A DNA stretch of 64,000 bases, from contig OZ024746.1 of assembly GCA_964016885.1 (NCBI GenBank), positions 39,308,001 through 39,372,000 of the forward strand, given 5' to 3'. The notes under the pieces were generated by a model. It worked only from the letters and a program-made list of their open reading frames with translations, was not told the origin of the DNA and ran no database searches. Position numbers and translations under genes: made by a program. Positions 24,091 through 37,127 of the stretch are shown here, one piece after another. Position 1 is the stretch's first letter. Each line of letters starts with the position of its first letter. This stretch comes from Eledone cirrhosa (lineage: Eukaryota).

Positions 24091-25082
24091 AATGGTTTCT
24101 GATTTAGGCACAAGGCCAGTAATTACCCAGTGTATTACTGGTACTTTATTTTATCGACCCCGTAAGGATGAAAGGTAAAGTCAACCTCGGCGGGATTTGA
24201 ACTCAGATCGTAAAGGGACGTAACTATGCTGGAAAGCATGGCGTCCGACCCTCCACCGATACTGCCAATCCAAGGCATAAGGCCAACAATGTGAGGAGAG
24301 GGGAAAGTCGATTAAATCAACCCCCAGTGCATTACTGGTACTTTATTTCATCGACCCTGTAAGGATGAAAGGCAAAGCTAACCTCGGTGAGATTTGAAAT
24401 CAGAACAAAGGGACGTAACTATATGCTGTAAAGCATGTTGTCCGATGCTCTACCAATACTGCCAGTCTGCACAATAATAATATTGCCGATACTGCACAAT
24501 AACAATAGTTTCTACTTTAGGCACAAGGCCAGCAATTACCCAGTGCATTACTGGTACTTTATTTTATCGACCCCGTAAGGATGAAAGGCAAAGTCAACCT
24601 CGGCGGGATTTGAACTCAGATCGTAAAGGGACGTAACTATGCTGGAAAGCATGGCGTCTGACCCTCTACCGATACTGCCAATCCACCGCCCTTACTGCAC
24701 AACAACAACAACAATAACAATAATAATAATAATAATAATAATAGTTTCTACTTTAGGCACAAGACCAGCAATTTGAAGAGGAGGGGAAAGTCGATTAAAT
24801 CGACCTCAGTACTTACTGGTGCTTTATTTTGTCAACCCTGTAAGGATGAAAGGCAAAGCTAACATTAGCAGGATTTGAACTCAGAACGTAATTTTTATAA
24901 TAATTGTTTCTACTTTAGGCACAAGGCCAGCAATTATCCAGTGCATTACTGGTACTTTATTTTATCGACCCCGTAAGGATGAAAGGCAAAGTCAACCTCG
25001 GCGGGATTTGAACTCAGATCATAAAGGGACGTAACTATGCTGGAAAGCATGGCGTCCGACCCTCTACCGATACTGCCAATCC
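24091..25082 (-). mobile_element. Head-to-tail array of five major-family SINEs (short-long-short-long-short)
   Basis: Units ~24091-24271, 24272-24470, 24505-24693, 24740-24890, 24903-25082. Each has ACTGGT.CTTTATTT..TC.ACCC.GTAAGGATGAAAGG.AAAG. A box TGGCAGTATCGG and B box GAGTTCAAATCC on the minus strand. Confidence 0.92.
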
Positions 25083-25311
25083 AAATAATAATCATCATTG
25101 TCCTTCATACTTTTATATGATTTATTTTAGAAGTTTCTAAGCTGAATAAAGGACACAGAGCTAAGTTAAAGAAAAGAATATGAAAGCTAGCATATCTTCC
25201 AAAGTTACACCCACTCATATGTATAGTAAGCATAGGGCTAGTAGATAGCTCTATCCAACTTGCTTAGTGAATTACAATTCAGTTACCTACTTCATTTACA
25301 CAGAAACACAC

Positions 25312-25313
<2 letters not shown>

Positions 25314-25384
<71 letters not shown>
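25314..25384. repeat. (GA)n microsatellite
   Basis: Directly visible. Confidence 0.98.
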
Positions 25385-25389
<5 letters not shown>

Positions 25390-25850
25390 GGGGTGAGTGT
25401 GGGGGAGAAGGTAAGTTCAATAAGATTGAGTTCAGAGAACAGATATGGTTACTAGATAATATTCTGAATCAGAATTATAGCTAGTATCACTTTCAGGGAC
25501 CTTCCAAGGATAAGACTGTTGGCAGAAAGTAGTCAACTGGTTGTAAAAAGCTGGGCCTAGTCAGAGGAGGAGGAGGGGGGGGGGGGGGGGGGGGGCAAGG
25601 AAACTTGGTGAGAATGAGAACCAGCTGTTTAGGGTGGCAAGTAAACCAGATGAGACAGAAAATGGCAGATAGTGGTATACAAAATAATAATAATAATAAC
25701 TAAATAAATGAATAAAATAACATTGGTTCAGGTGTGGGGTTTGTTTCATAGCAGAGGTGGTATCAAACAAATATGTGAACCATATAAGGGGAAAGAACTA
25801 AGTAGCAGTATTTCTTCTGGAGTAGAAGTAATCAGATAGGAGCAAGTAAG

Positions 25851-25894
25851 GTAGGTAGGTAGGTAGGTAGGTAGGTAGGTAGGTAGGTAGGTAG
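25851..25894. repeat. (GTAG)11 microsatellite
   Basis: Directly visible. Confidence 0.97.
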
Positions 25895-26274
25895 CTAGCT
25901 AATAGAAAGTAACTGGTTAGTGGTGGCTTACCTGGGTTAGATGGGATTTACAATTAATTCATGATGGTGATGGTACCAGTAGAGATGGAGAGAGTGATGG
26001 TAACAACTAGCAACAGACATTTTAAGAAATGTGAAGAGAGGAGGAGGAAGGGGGGAAAGATAGAGAGAAAAGCAACAGTGAGCTCAAGTGAAAAAGGATA
26101 TATGTGAGGAGATTGTGCTTACTGAGTACACTCACTAGAACAGTACTTAATTATCAATAGTTGGCCTTTGATAATTTTTAAAATGTGTTATAATCTTTAT
26201 AACAACTAATATTCTGGCCGCATGTATTCTTTCGGTCATTACACATGTAAGTGTTGGCTGAAATGGGGTTCATC

Positions 26275-26605
26275 CGAAGGGTCTTTGGAGTAATGTTACT
26301 CGATAGTGTGAAGCTTGGAGATCAGAGAGTCGCTCCAGGTAGAGCGGCTACGTCTCTGAATTGAGATATCACAGCTCCGATATTATGGGCATGTGTTTAG
26401 AATGTATCAGGGAAGAATCACTGGACAGATTTTATGGACAAAACCAATCAGCAAGAGACCCAGGGGTAAACTCCGAGCAAGATGATTTGGATAACGCCCA
26501 TGAACTTAGCTGGTGTCATTTGGGGATCCAGTCGGATCAATTGGAGACAGTTGCTTCTGACAGAACCTGCTGGAAGGAGTGTTTGAAGACTCTTCCTCCA
26601 TGACT
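26275..26605 (+). mobile_element. RTE-type LINE 3' fragment, second family (also 33255-33535 - and 61970-62190 -)
   Basis: Relic SQLRYYGHV... and LSWCHLGIQSDQLETVASDRTCWK. The same sequence is reversed at the other two sites (SQLRYYGHVIKM). Confidence 0.8.
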
Positions 26606-27299
26606 CTCTCGGGAATAAGTGGGCAAAGAAAAGGAACCATACTAGAGTGGTCAGTGTATAAAACAACTTTGGGAGCTTTTTTGCATTTTCACTGTTGTTT
26701 TAGTGCACTTCAACAACAGCTGTAATTAATTTAAGCACTTGTAGGATAAAAATACAGGTTTTAAAATGGACTGATTCAGACAAGATATGACACAAACACT
26801 AATTTCTTTAAAACTTCAATTGTACCACACCCATAAATAAATACAGAAAATAAAAGGAAAAAACTTTATTTGAATTCAATGTTACATTTTTATTTTACAC
26901 AATAAAATGAAATCGAGACCTTTGGCGGTACTCAGTAATAGAGAAGACCCGTTTTACCTAAATACATAGTAAAACCTACTACAGTCAGTAGGCATCTCTA
27001 ACAAAATACACCTCCGTCAACACACAGACAGGCATACATGTAAGTTTGCACACAGTTATTACACATAGTTAACATGGTTCTAAAAATAATTTGTGTACAT
27101 TTTGTGTCAGCTTTGCAGGCTGGCATGGGTTGGACAAGTTGTCATGGTCCAAGACCAGTTAGATCAGAGCGACCTGTCTAGCTCATACATTCCTTATTTG
27201 GCATGGTTTCAATGGCTGGTTGCCTTTCCTAATGCTAACCATATTAGAAGGTGTAGTCTGTTGCAGTGCTTGTGCAGATGGCCAGATCTTTTGTATTAT

Positions 27300-27665
27300 G
27301 GCAGCTCCCTGAACATCTTCCAACCCACTCTCATTCTGGCTACATCAATATCAGTACATCCGGCTCCACTACTAATGAGGTCACTCAGATCGCAAAAGTA
27401 TTCGACAATTTCCAGTGAGCTTTCTGAATATTTAGAGAGTTAATTTCTTGAATAGCCTTACTGGTGACCATACCTGTGCATCAGCTTACTTGTAATCCCA
27501 CTACACTGGGTACACCATATAGAATTCCTATGTATTCCTTCCTACACATTGGGCACAGCTATTTCCCTGATGGCAGCAGAGTATTATCCTCTTTGCTGCT
27601 TACCTTTTCCAGGTTTGAGATCCTATGATTCCAGATTTTGCTTCTATGTCTGGAACTTCTTTAGT
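27300..27665 (-). pseudogene. RTE-type LINE RT fragment with Cys-rich segment
   Basis: KKFQT*KQNLES...SSKEDNTLLPSGK*LCPMCRK..RNSIWCTQC/SGITSKL...SSLEIVEYFCDLSDLISSGAGCTDIDVARMRVGWKMFREL. Confidence 0.85.
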
Positions 27666-28500
27666 TTTACCAGACAACCACAGGGGCCACATTTTAAAAA
27701 AATATACCTTTATTTTATTAGTTTTTATCCTTTAACACTAAATCATTGAAAATGATATATATATATATCACATCAAAGTTTAACATCTATTTTTCCACGA
27801 TTGCATGGGCTACATGGGTCGTCAACATTATGCGACAAGTCTGGCCTGTTGGCCATGGAGTACCTTGCTCAAAGGGAAAAGTATCTTCACCGGGGTTTTT
27901 TACAGCTGGATGCCCTCCATAACACCAAACACATTTTCAGTGTGGAACTGGGTGGTCTCATTCAGCGGAGGGTCTGGCCAGTTAGTCATGCAATACCTTG
28001 CTCATAATATATATATATATATATATTATTTATTCTTTATCATTAACATTACTATAAAAAATAATAATCATGTAATAATTATATAAAAAGATTTTACCAG
28101 AGTTTTTTTGTTTTAGAGAAAGACCTCAAATTCCATACGGCTTAGGGCCTCGGCAAGTAAAAGTCTGGCCCTGCATGGTTGGATCATTTGCATAATTTGT
28201 TGGAATAACTTTATAGTTGAATGCTCAACATAATGCCAACTATTCAACTATGATGAAGGTTAAGTTGTTAAAGGGTATATAATAATGTGATAACGTATGA
28301 AATCATGATTTTATTATTTAGCAGTGCAGTATCTTACCTATTCCTTCCATAGACTAAAGTTCCTCCAACTTCCCCACATGAGATTGAAGGTTAAAAGAAA
28401 ATTTTCTTTTTCTTTTTTATAATTTTATTTAATTATTTATTTGCAACATAATATTTCATCTTCAGCTGCCAATACTAAATATAAGGCGAAAATCAGTTTT

Positions 28501-28655
28501 TACTACTACCACCACCACTGCTACTACTACTACTACCACCACTACCACTACCAATACTACTACCACTGCTACTACACTGCTGCTACTACTACTACCACTA
28601 CCACCACCAACACTGCTACTGCCATCACCAACACTGCTACTAATACTACCACCAT
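28501..28655. repeat. Degenerate (ACT/ACC)n trinucleotide low-complexity tract
   Basis: Directly visible. Confidence 0.92.
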
Positions 28656-30389
28656 TACTTCATGGTGACGAGGCAATATGATATAACTACATCAAAATGA
28701 TCAGGACTTGATAGAGAAGATGCGTTTGTTGATAATTCAATTGACAGAACATTCTGGAGCAGCAACTCTACATTTGACTAATGCTAAAGAAATTACTGTT
28801 ATTTTGTGCAGACAAGATAAACCAGGCATTTTTCTAAATGATATAAGTCCTGATTTAGATAAGTTATTTAATTACTGTTTTCAAATAGGACAAATTATAG
28901 TGTCTCTTACAAAATAAGCATAAACACACACACAAACTCTTTCAGTAGACAAATATCACAAACTATTGAGTAAATTGTTTAAACAAATGTTTCTTACTGA
29001 GAAAAATTTTAATACAAACTGATATAAAAACACAGCTAGACTTTGTATCATCTAAAATAGACATTTTGTTCCAATTTAACTGAGGGTAAAGCTTATGTAA
29101 TAGGCATAAGGAAATGAAGAAAGAAGTGAAGTAGTTTCAGACAAAAATTTAACAACACTAGTATTTTCTCATGCACTGTTAACTTTTTCTGATAATTTAT
29201 TTTTCTTATTATTTATAAATTTTATGTTTTAGTTGCTTAAACATCTGGCTTTAATATTGAGCATGAGTTGTGACTTGAAGAGAGATGCAAAAGATATAAA
29301 AACTCTACAGGGATACATACATATAACACACACAGTTTCGAAGCAAGTTAGGTTGCGGGGCATCACTAAAGACTTTCTTCCTTGTGTTGTCTATCTAGGC
29401 TAAATCAATCTTATTAACTTCACCCATCTTCAAGCTATAGCCATGGTTAGTTCCAGCTCAACATTGCAATCCAACAAAACATTTGTCATCTATACAAAAC
29501 TCTAATATTTAAGTTTAGCTTAGATATTTCAATCAAAATTAAAGTTTAGAAAAAATAACAACAAGGATTTTATCAGCAAGTTATAGAGATTAATATTTAA
29601 AAAATAAACCAATAAAACAACTAAGAACACACTAGCTAGAAAATAGTACACATTTTAATGAATAAATTTCCTACTTAGACTAGACAAAATTAATTTAAAA
29701 GATGTTATGTGAAGAAAAAAAAAACCTGTTCAGGGGGGTCGGAATATATTAGTTTATACTCTCAATACATTTTAGAAAGATGTGGTTCAGACTAATGCCT
29801 GAAGTCCCCGACATGTCTGTTGGATCTTTTGTAATGAAAAACATATTCTCAGATGTATAAATAAGTGATGAGCACTAAAGGTATTTATAAAGCTCAATGC
29901 CAGGCTAAATATCTCTATAATCTGACTAAGAACAGAGAAATCTCTAATAAATTTACCTCCATTACTGCTTAGATATTTATCTTGATAGTGAAAACAGAAA
30001 TAGGTTGATAAAATCTGAATCCTTTTTTCTTCTCGATAAAAAGGGAGCATGTTGACTATATGGAGGAATAAGGAATCTTACAGGCTCTACCATAAACAAT
30101 TAAGTTGTGTTACATACGACATCTACTTTTCATTTTGCAATAAATTGTCTGGTTCTGGTAATATATAAGGCCATGCTAATGTGGAGAAACCAATGGGAAG
30201 GGGGCGAAGAGCAGATTTCATTTTACTTGAAAGCACTGTTTCTATGATTGAAGGCAGCAGCAAAAGCAAGAGTTTCCATCAATGTGTTTCCAAAGAATGA
30301 TATAACAGAAATTACAGACAAAATCTAAATTTAGGAACTCTTTAACTCACTGAGACTCATAAATAATTCTAATATCGATAACAAGAGGT

Positions 30390-30580
30390 CACTGGATTGG
30401 GGAAATTATTATCATATTGGATAAAATGCCTTGCAGTATTTAGTTACAACCATTCAAAATTAATTCAAATCCTGCCATGGTTAATAAAATAAAGTCCCAG
30501 TCAAGTACTGGGGTTGCTTTAATTGACTATCCTACCCCCCAAAAAGATATGCAGCCTGGTGCCAAAGTTAGAAATTGATA
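30390..30580 (+). mobile_element. Old diverged copy of the major SINE
   Basis: AATTCAAATCCTGCC...AATAAAATAAAGTCCCAGTCAAGTACTGGGGT...GCCTGGTGCCAAAGTTAGAAA. Confidence 0.65.
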
Positions 30581-31096
30581 TCAGTAACAAGATTAACAAG
30601 GAAATTTATTAGACATTTATATACTATAAAGAACTGAATAAGTAAATCTCTTCACTGAGGTGAGGTGGGCACTATGTATGGATATTTAACAAAGGAGGGT
30701 GCAGAAATCTTTGGGAAACAATTCTAGAGAAAATGCTCTAATATGTTATCTTTTGGAACATTAATAATCTCTTCAAAAGCTTCATTCTATAAATACATAT
30801 ACTAACTAAACTGAATACTCCAAAAACATTGAAAGGAATCTTATTTGAAAGTGTACTCATCATAGTGAAGGTTAACTAAAGTATTTGGGGATAATTTATA
30901 ATAAGCTATTTATATACTGCAAAGTTTGTAAAATATGCAAATTTTGCAAATAACTATGGAATTCATATTTAAAGCAGTTATCAAAGATTTAACGTGTGTA
31001 TATATATATATATCTTTTGGTTGAATGCCATTTAATTTAAATGTATCAGTTTATTACTAGGATAATATCTAATGCTGAAAATTATACCATGTAGAA

Positions 31097-31751
31097 CACA
31101 GGTTCTCAACCCATTTAGGCCAAACGCCCCCTTTTGTCCCTCGAAACCACGAAACGCCCCCCCCCCCCTTTTCCATTTTTCAATATACTACTGATTTTTA
31201 TATCAGTAGATTACTAAAAAATTGATTAACAATAATCCAAAGATGTGTGTATTACCTGCTTATATGTTGTATGTGGTCCTAGATGTGTGTGCTACTCGCT
31301 TGTTTTTTCTTTTCTTTTTTTTTTATTTGTAATATTATTTATACAATAGGGAATAAAATAGATCTACATAGTGTTAACTCATTACGGTTGAGTCAATAAT
31401 TTCAGACATGAACTACATTGTTAGCGGTGAAGGAAAGATAAGATTCTAACTGGCTGCGCTCAAAGTGTCTTTGACCCAGTTGACTGGGTTTTTCCATTTT
31501 TAGGATCTCAATTACTGGACATGCCTTCACACCTGCTCAGAGTTGCAGTCAGACCATAGTTATGCTGTCTGCAAGCTCATTCAAATGCATTCACACTGGC
31601 TGTCTCAAAGACATACAAATAAAGAGCCTTCCAGCGCCCCCTAACCCCCCTCCCCCAAACGCCCCCCTAACGCGACCTTGCTCCGAAACGCCCACCTGGA
31701 GTTCCGAAACGCCTCTCGGGGGGTGCATATGCCCCCTGTTGAGAACCTTTG
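31097..31751. mobile_element. Non-autonomous hAT (Charlie-like) element, 655 bp
   Basis: TIRs CACAGGTTCTCAAC / GTTGAGAACCTTTG (13/14 match); perfect 8-bp TSD ATGTAGAA at 31089-31096 and 31752-31759; subterminal AAACGCC motifs. Confidence 0.93.
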
Positions 31752-32615
31752 ATGTAGAAGATAAGAATTTTAGTTTCTGTTTATAGCATGAATGTCCAAA
31801 GAAATCATTCCCTCCTTTGTTACTATCTCTAAAACACTTCTATATAAGATAGCTATCATGTTCTATAACCTACTTAATTCAATATGGAAAAATCAAATTG
31901 TGCCATTAATTAATTGAAATAATATCCTGTGTGACATGTTATGAGTACAAAACAAAGTGTAAGTTTACATTCATTTCATTTACTACATGTGTATAGCATT
32001 TATAATGCATTCACATAAATTACACAGCAAAAAAAAATCTATATCTTGCCTCTGAATTTGTTACATATTCACAAGGCAGTCGGATAAAGAAAAGAAAAAA
32101 TAGGACAAATTTGTGTTGGTTAATTTGCTTTATCTAATAAGACAAAATAATTTAGTATGAATCAACAGGAAAATAGGCAAGATCTTGTGATAAATGAAAC
32201 AAAATCTACTTGCAGAATATATCTTGGTTGAGTTAATACGACTGATTTAAGTCAGTATATGACTAACTATCTGAGAAAAACTTCAAACTTTGGTACATTA
32301 TTACATGGTTTAATGTAGACAACTAAGATTGTATCTGGTATTTTAGTCTAGAGAAAGCTATTTGCTTCAGAACCATTGCTGTATCTTTTTGTTAATTAGT
32401 AAACATAAAAATATTAATATTTGAAACTTAACTTTAATACTAACTGCAGTTTTGTGAAAGTATGTTTCTGTAGTACATAATATAATCAAAATTATTTTGC
32501 AGTTAGATAGGATCTTGATTATACCGTAAAGAATTGAACATGGACTTGCGCAATTTCAAAAAAAAAAATTAACTAAAATCTATTTCACTATGTGGTCCCA
32601 TGCCAACCTGTTTAA

Positions 32616-32755
32616 CCCTTTAGCTTTTAAACCGGCCACATCTGACTAGAATTTCAATGTAATAGGCAACAGTATGAGTGACCAGTTACAGCCGGTATGA
32701 ACAGAAAGAGGCAAGAAAATTCTGGCCAGATATGGTTGGTTTAAATGCTAAAGGG
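32616..32755 (-). mobile_element. piggyBac-like MITE family A, short deletion form
   Basis: TTAA|CCCTTTAGC...GCTAAAGGG|TTAA. Confidence 0.85.
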
Positions 32756-34697
32756 TTAAGCAATACAAACAGACTAATCGCATTAATGTAACGTGAAATG
32801 TGTTGCAGTGTAGTTAATTAAATAGAGATAATACATGTAGTAACAAAAGTTTTTAGTTATTTAATTTTAAATATGTGAGGTGTTTACAATTCTGTATAAT
32901 GCATAAAAATCAACAGATAAATATATGTTGTTGGCAGTAATAGACTGAAGATAATTGCTGCAGGGGAGTAAGAGATGTAAAAGATAAGAAATATTTGTAA
33001 AACATCTTATAAGAACAAGTTTAGAAAGATTAGTCAATTCCCGAGTCTTTGACTATAGATACACTAGATTATTTTATTGATGCCTAGAGCAACTTTGATT
33101 CATGTCTGTTTTCTGGTGAAGAGGGCCAATGGTGGGTACTATAACAGTTTACTAAAGTGTCTGGTTTGAGTTTGAGGGAAGCCACTCTAGTAAATATTAG
33201 CAGTGAACAGAGATTTGTGACTATTGCAGAAAATAATCATTTTTAATATTCTTCTTTGGCTACTTATTCCTGGGAGGGTCCTAGGAGTAGGGTCTTCAAA
33301 CACTTCTTCCAGTGGGTCCTATCAGAAGCAATCGTCTCCAATTGATCCAGCTGGATCCCCAAGCAGGACCAGCTGAGCTCATGGATGTTATCCAATTATC
33401 TTGCTCTGGGTCGATCCCTGCCAGTTGGTTTTGCCCATAAAATCTGTCCAGCAATTCTTTCCCAGGGACATTTTAATCACATGCCCATAGTATCGGAGCT
33501 GTGATCCCTCTACCTGAAACGACTCTCTGATCATTGATAAATACTTTGTTAATATACAAATCTTGCTAAGATAAGTTTTGCCTTTCATCCTTCCCCGAAA
33601 TTTGCTGGCCTTGTGCCTAAATGAGAAATCAATATGTTTACAGTTATAGAATTTGATTAGTCATTGAATAGGACATGATAAGAGAGAGAAAGAGTGTTGA
33701 ATCTGTTGACAGTTAAAATATTTAATGTCTATATTTGTGATATATATGGAGATACCGAAAATACTAGTCAATTTGTTACAGAGCAGTAAGAGAGTTAAAA
33801 GATAAGAAATCTTTAAAAAAAACATCTAATAGGAAGACATTTCAAAAGATTAGTCAATTCCCAAGTGTTACTAGAGTGGGAGATTTGATGCACTTATTGA
33901 TAGCAGACAGAGTGTTGAGCAGTTTTTGGAAGCAGTTGATGTTTCAGATTTGTTGCATATGTGAATGAAAGAGTTGGAGGTAAAAAGCTTTGTTGTATTT
34001 TGCAGTTGGAGTGCTGCAGACAGTCAACAGTCATTGGAATGAGTAAAATGAGTGTAGGAAGATTTCCGTAAAATTGGCAATAGACCAGAACGGAAGGCTG
34101 AAATTGTGGGAGGAGAAACAGCTTATGTCTAGCTGGTGGTGGATGTAAATATATATTCCACTTTTTTCTGGTGGTATATACAAGAGGTTATGGCTATCTT
34201 TTGCAGTAAACTTTTTTGTTTGTTAAATGCATACCCTTTAGTAAACCATTTGGAAGAGGTTGCTCTACAATGCTTTCAGGTGCAAAAGATGAAAGAGGAA
34301 ATATCAATAAAAATAGTTTATAAGTTTGGCTGTCTGCCTGAGATCAGGTGTGAAATGTTTTTTGCTCTGGATAGTAATTACAAGAGTGGCTGATTAAATG
34401 AGAAGAATGTGTGAGAGCTACGGGTATCATAGTAAATTTTATTGCTACAACTGTAGCTAACGATAATGATAACATTTATGTTTAGGGTAATTTAAACTAT
34501 GTATACATTTATCAATCTAGAAGCTAACTAGTCTTTAAAGCATATTAATCCACGTGGAACCTTCAATATAGGTATATTAGTCTATGTGAATACATGTTAG
34601 CAAATATAAATACTAAGACCAAAGTCATCAATTAAGCAGCTTTTATCTTACACCCTTTCACTTCAAGTAGAATGGAACTATCTCACACCCTAACTGC

Positions 34698-34915
34698 TAG
34701 TGGTTAGGAGTGAGACTCAGTCATGGGTTTCATTCCTGGACTGGACAGCATGTGTTCTTGAGCAAGATGCTTCATTTCAAATTGTTTTTTGGAATATAGC
34801 TGGGGCTCCTATTATTAAAACACTTGAGAAATTTGCTATGAGGTTCAACCTCATAGGAGGCCAACTAAATGTGCATAGGTGTGAGCTGCAAATTTCATTT
34901 TCATTCTACTTGAAG
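34698..34915 (+). mobile_element. CORE-like SINE with a distinct tail; inverted copy at ~48095-48290
   Basis: TAGTGGTTAG...GGGTTTCATTCCTGG...CTTGAGCAAGATGCTT...ATTAAAACACT...GGCCAACTAAA...CATAGGTGTGAGCT; the reverse complement is present at the second site. Confidence 0.7.
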
Positions 34916-36307
34916 AGCATAGAGGAAAATACAAAGTATAAATAAGAACTGAACCTGTTTGCTATTAGGAAGTCTACTCTACTTTAAGAATAGCTAGATT
35001 GAAATCTTAAGTTATAGCATACAGATATTCCTTTGGGTAAAACCTCCCAGGTTTTCTTGTCATACAAGAAATAAATAATATAGTTATCTAGATAACCTTC
35101 GAAGGAAATACCTATCCATAAATTCTAATATTGTTAATTTTGAATTTAAAAAATTAAAAAAAATAAAAATCAGCGTTAGTATACAATTTCAGGAAACTAT
35201 ACATAGTGTTTCCGTTTTTGTGAAGAATTCTAAAACATCTAGAATATAAATAAAATTATCTGTACTTAAAAAGCAATTTTCAACATACTTCCTTTGGAAC
35301 AAGGTAACCTCTGTAGTGTCCATGTCACTATAAAAAGTACTTGGTACTCTTAGTAAAGTAGTTGGCATTCAAAGAGAAGACTCTTCATTCATGTCAAGGA
35401 CATGAAAATCTCGCTGGTGTCACAATAAAATCACACCTAGCATTGTAAAGTGGCTTGCATTAAGGAAAGGAATCTAGCCATAAAAAATCAGGCTCAAAAG
35501 AGTAGAAAGGACTCTTCAGTCATGCAAACCTCTGAAGTGTTTTAGCTTTACACTGAGGGTCTCACTTAACCTATGCAAGCATGCTAATGATATTAAATGA
35601 AAAAATGAAGATGGTTTCTTGAGTGCACTGGCTATCTCTCTAACATGCTTGGCCATGACGAGTTTAGTATAGAATGGGCTGTTGCATACCAGTCAGCACA
35701 CAAATTATAATCAGAGCTCAAATCCAAAGACAACATGAGCCAAGGTGTTTGATTGTCTCTGACCTTAAGTTGAGCACTGCAAGCTAACAAGGTACTTGTC
35801 AATTTTAAACTGTTGCCACAGATTAGAGTGATGGGTTGTTCTTATTTTATTGGTTAGGTGGACTGGGCTATTTGAAAGTTAATTTTCTTGGCCAAGAACA
35901 TAACATACTGCCAGTCACAAGACACAAACTGCTGACCAATCCACTGTCTGTGTACTATGTGCTAATTAAGCTTATCTTGACTGATTAGATTATTTGAGAC
36001 ACTAGACAAAATGTTACTCCACTAATTATATTTTCTGAGAAAAATCATCTACAAATATTAATTTAATAGGTCATTTTATAAAAACAGGTTGCTTCTTGTC
36101 ATAAAAAGATTTTACTAAAAAATGTTATGTTACAAAGATATCTTCAAGCCAAATTTTCATATAACAAAACATTGAGCAAACTTTATTCCCTTTTATACAA
36201 CCATCTACACAATTTTTCTCGTAATAGTTGTGAATCACAAGCTAAGTAAGGTCTGGCTGACCTTTACTGGTATTGCTCTTTATTATTACACAAAATATAC
36301 AAAAATA

Positions 36308-36495
36308 ATGTTTTCTACTTTTTTGGCACAAGCCCAGCAATTACCCCAGTGCATTACTGGTACTTTATTTTATCGACTCCGTAAGGATGAAAGACAAAGT
36401 TAACCTTGGCGGGATTTGAACTCAGAACGTAAAGAGCCATAACTCTATGCTGCAAAGCATGGTGTCTGACGCTCTACCAATACTTACTGCCAAAC
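36308..36495 (-). mobile_element. Major SINE, short variant
   Basis: Full core and head, as in the array units. Confidence 0.88.
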
Positions 36496-36936
36496 AAAAC
36501 TAATGCCAACATCTCGGCCAAGTTGCTGAGAAAATTAACATGTTTTATTCTCAAATTGTATTAAGCTGAATAAGAACTGAATGAGGAGAAATGATTACTG
36601 GGGGTTTCAAAAACAGGGTTGAGTTGTTTTTTAATTAGGCATATTTATAGAAACCAGATTGTAAACTCTTCTTTGGTAATCCTAAAATACAAAGTTAAAA
36701 TTCATGAACAGAGAATATAGTGTAATTTATATCTCATTTCTGTACCTAGTTAATAGCTTATATAAAGGCATATTTAGGTCTTGAAACATGTAGCTTTTCA
36801 TAATAGATACTTGTAACTTAACTCTTAATATCTTATAAAGATTTAGCAGAAAATATCTAAAAACAAAGTTTGATAATTTAAATATTTATACCTTTAATTG
36901 TTATGAAAATTTATAGTATTAGAGTAAAGGATTTAA

Positions 36937-37127
36937 GCCTTTAGCATTTAAACCAGCAGTAACCGGACAGAATTCTCTCACCTCTTTCTATTCAAACCGG
37001 CTGGTATTGTTCTCAAAATATATATCAAAATCTCGTAGATTCGATATTATTTGAGATAATTATATAAGATAAAGTGTTTACCATGAAAATAAAATAGTAA
37101 ATATAGAGTAATGTAAATGCTAAAGGG
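36937..37127 (+). mobile_element. piggyBac-like MITE family A
   Basis: TTAA|GCCTTTAGCATTTA...TAAATGCTAAAGGG|TTAA; internal CAGAATTCTCTCACCTCTTTCT. Confidence 0.87.

Noticed and set aside
24091-25082. Regularly spaced repeats superficially like a CRISPR array
   Set aside because: Units are 150-200-bp SINEs with Pol III A/B boxes, there are no unique spacers or cas genes, and the context is eukaryotic.
32965-33870. Diverged ~80-bp direct repeat (~32965-33047 and ~33787-33868) as possible LTRs
   Set aside because: No TG...CA ends, PBS or PPT; more likely two fragments of an old repeat that I could not classify.
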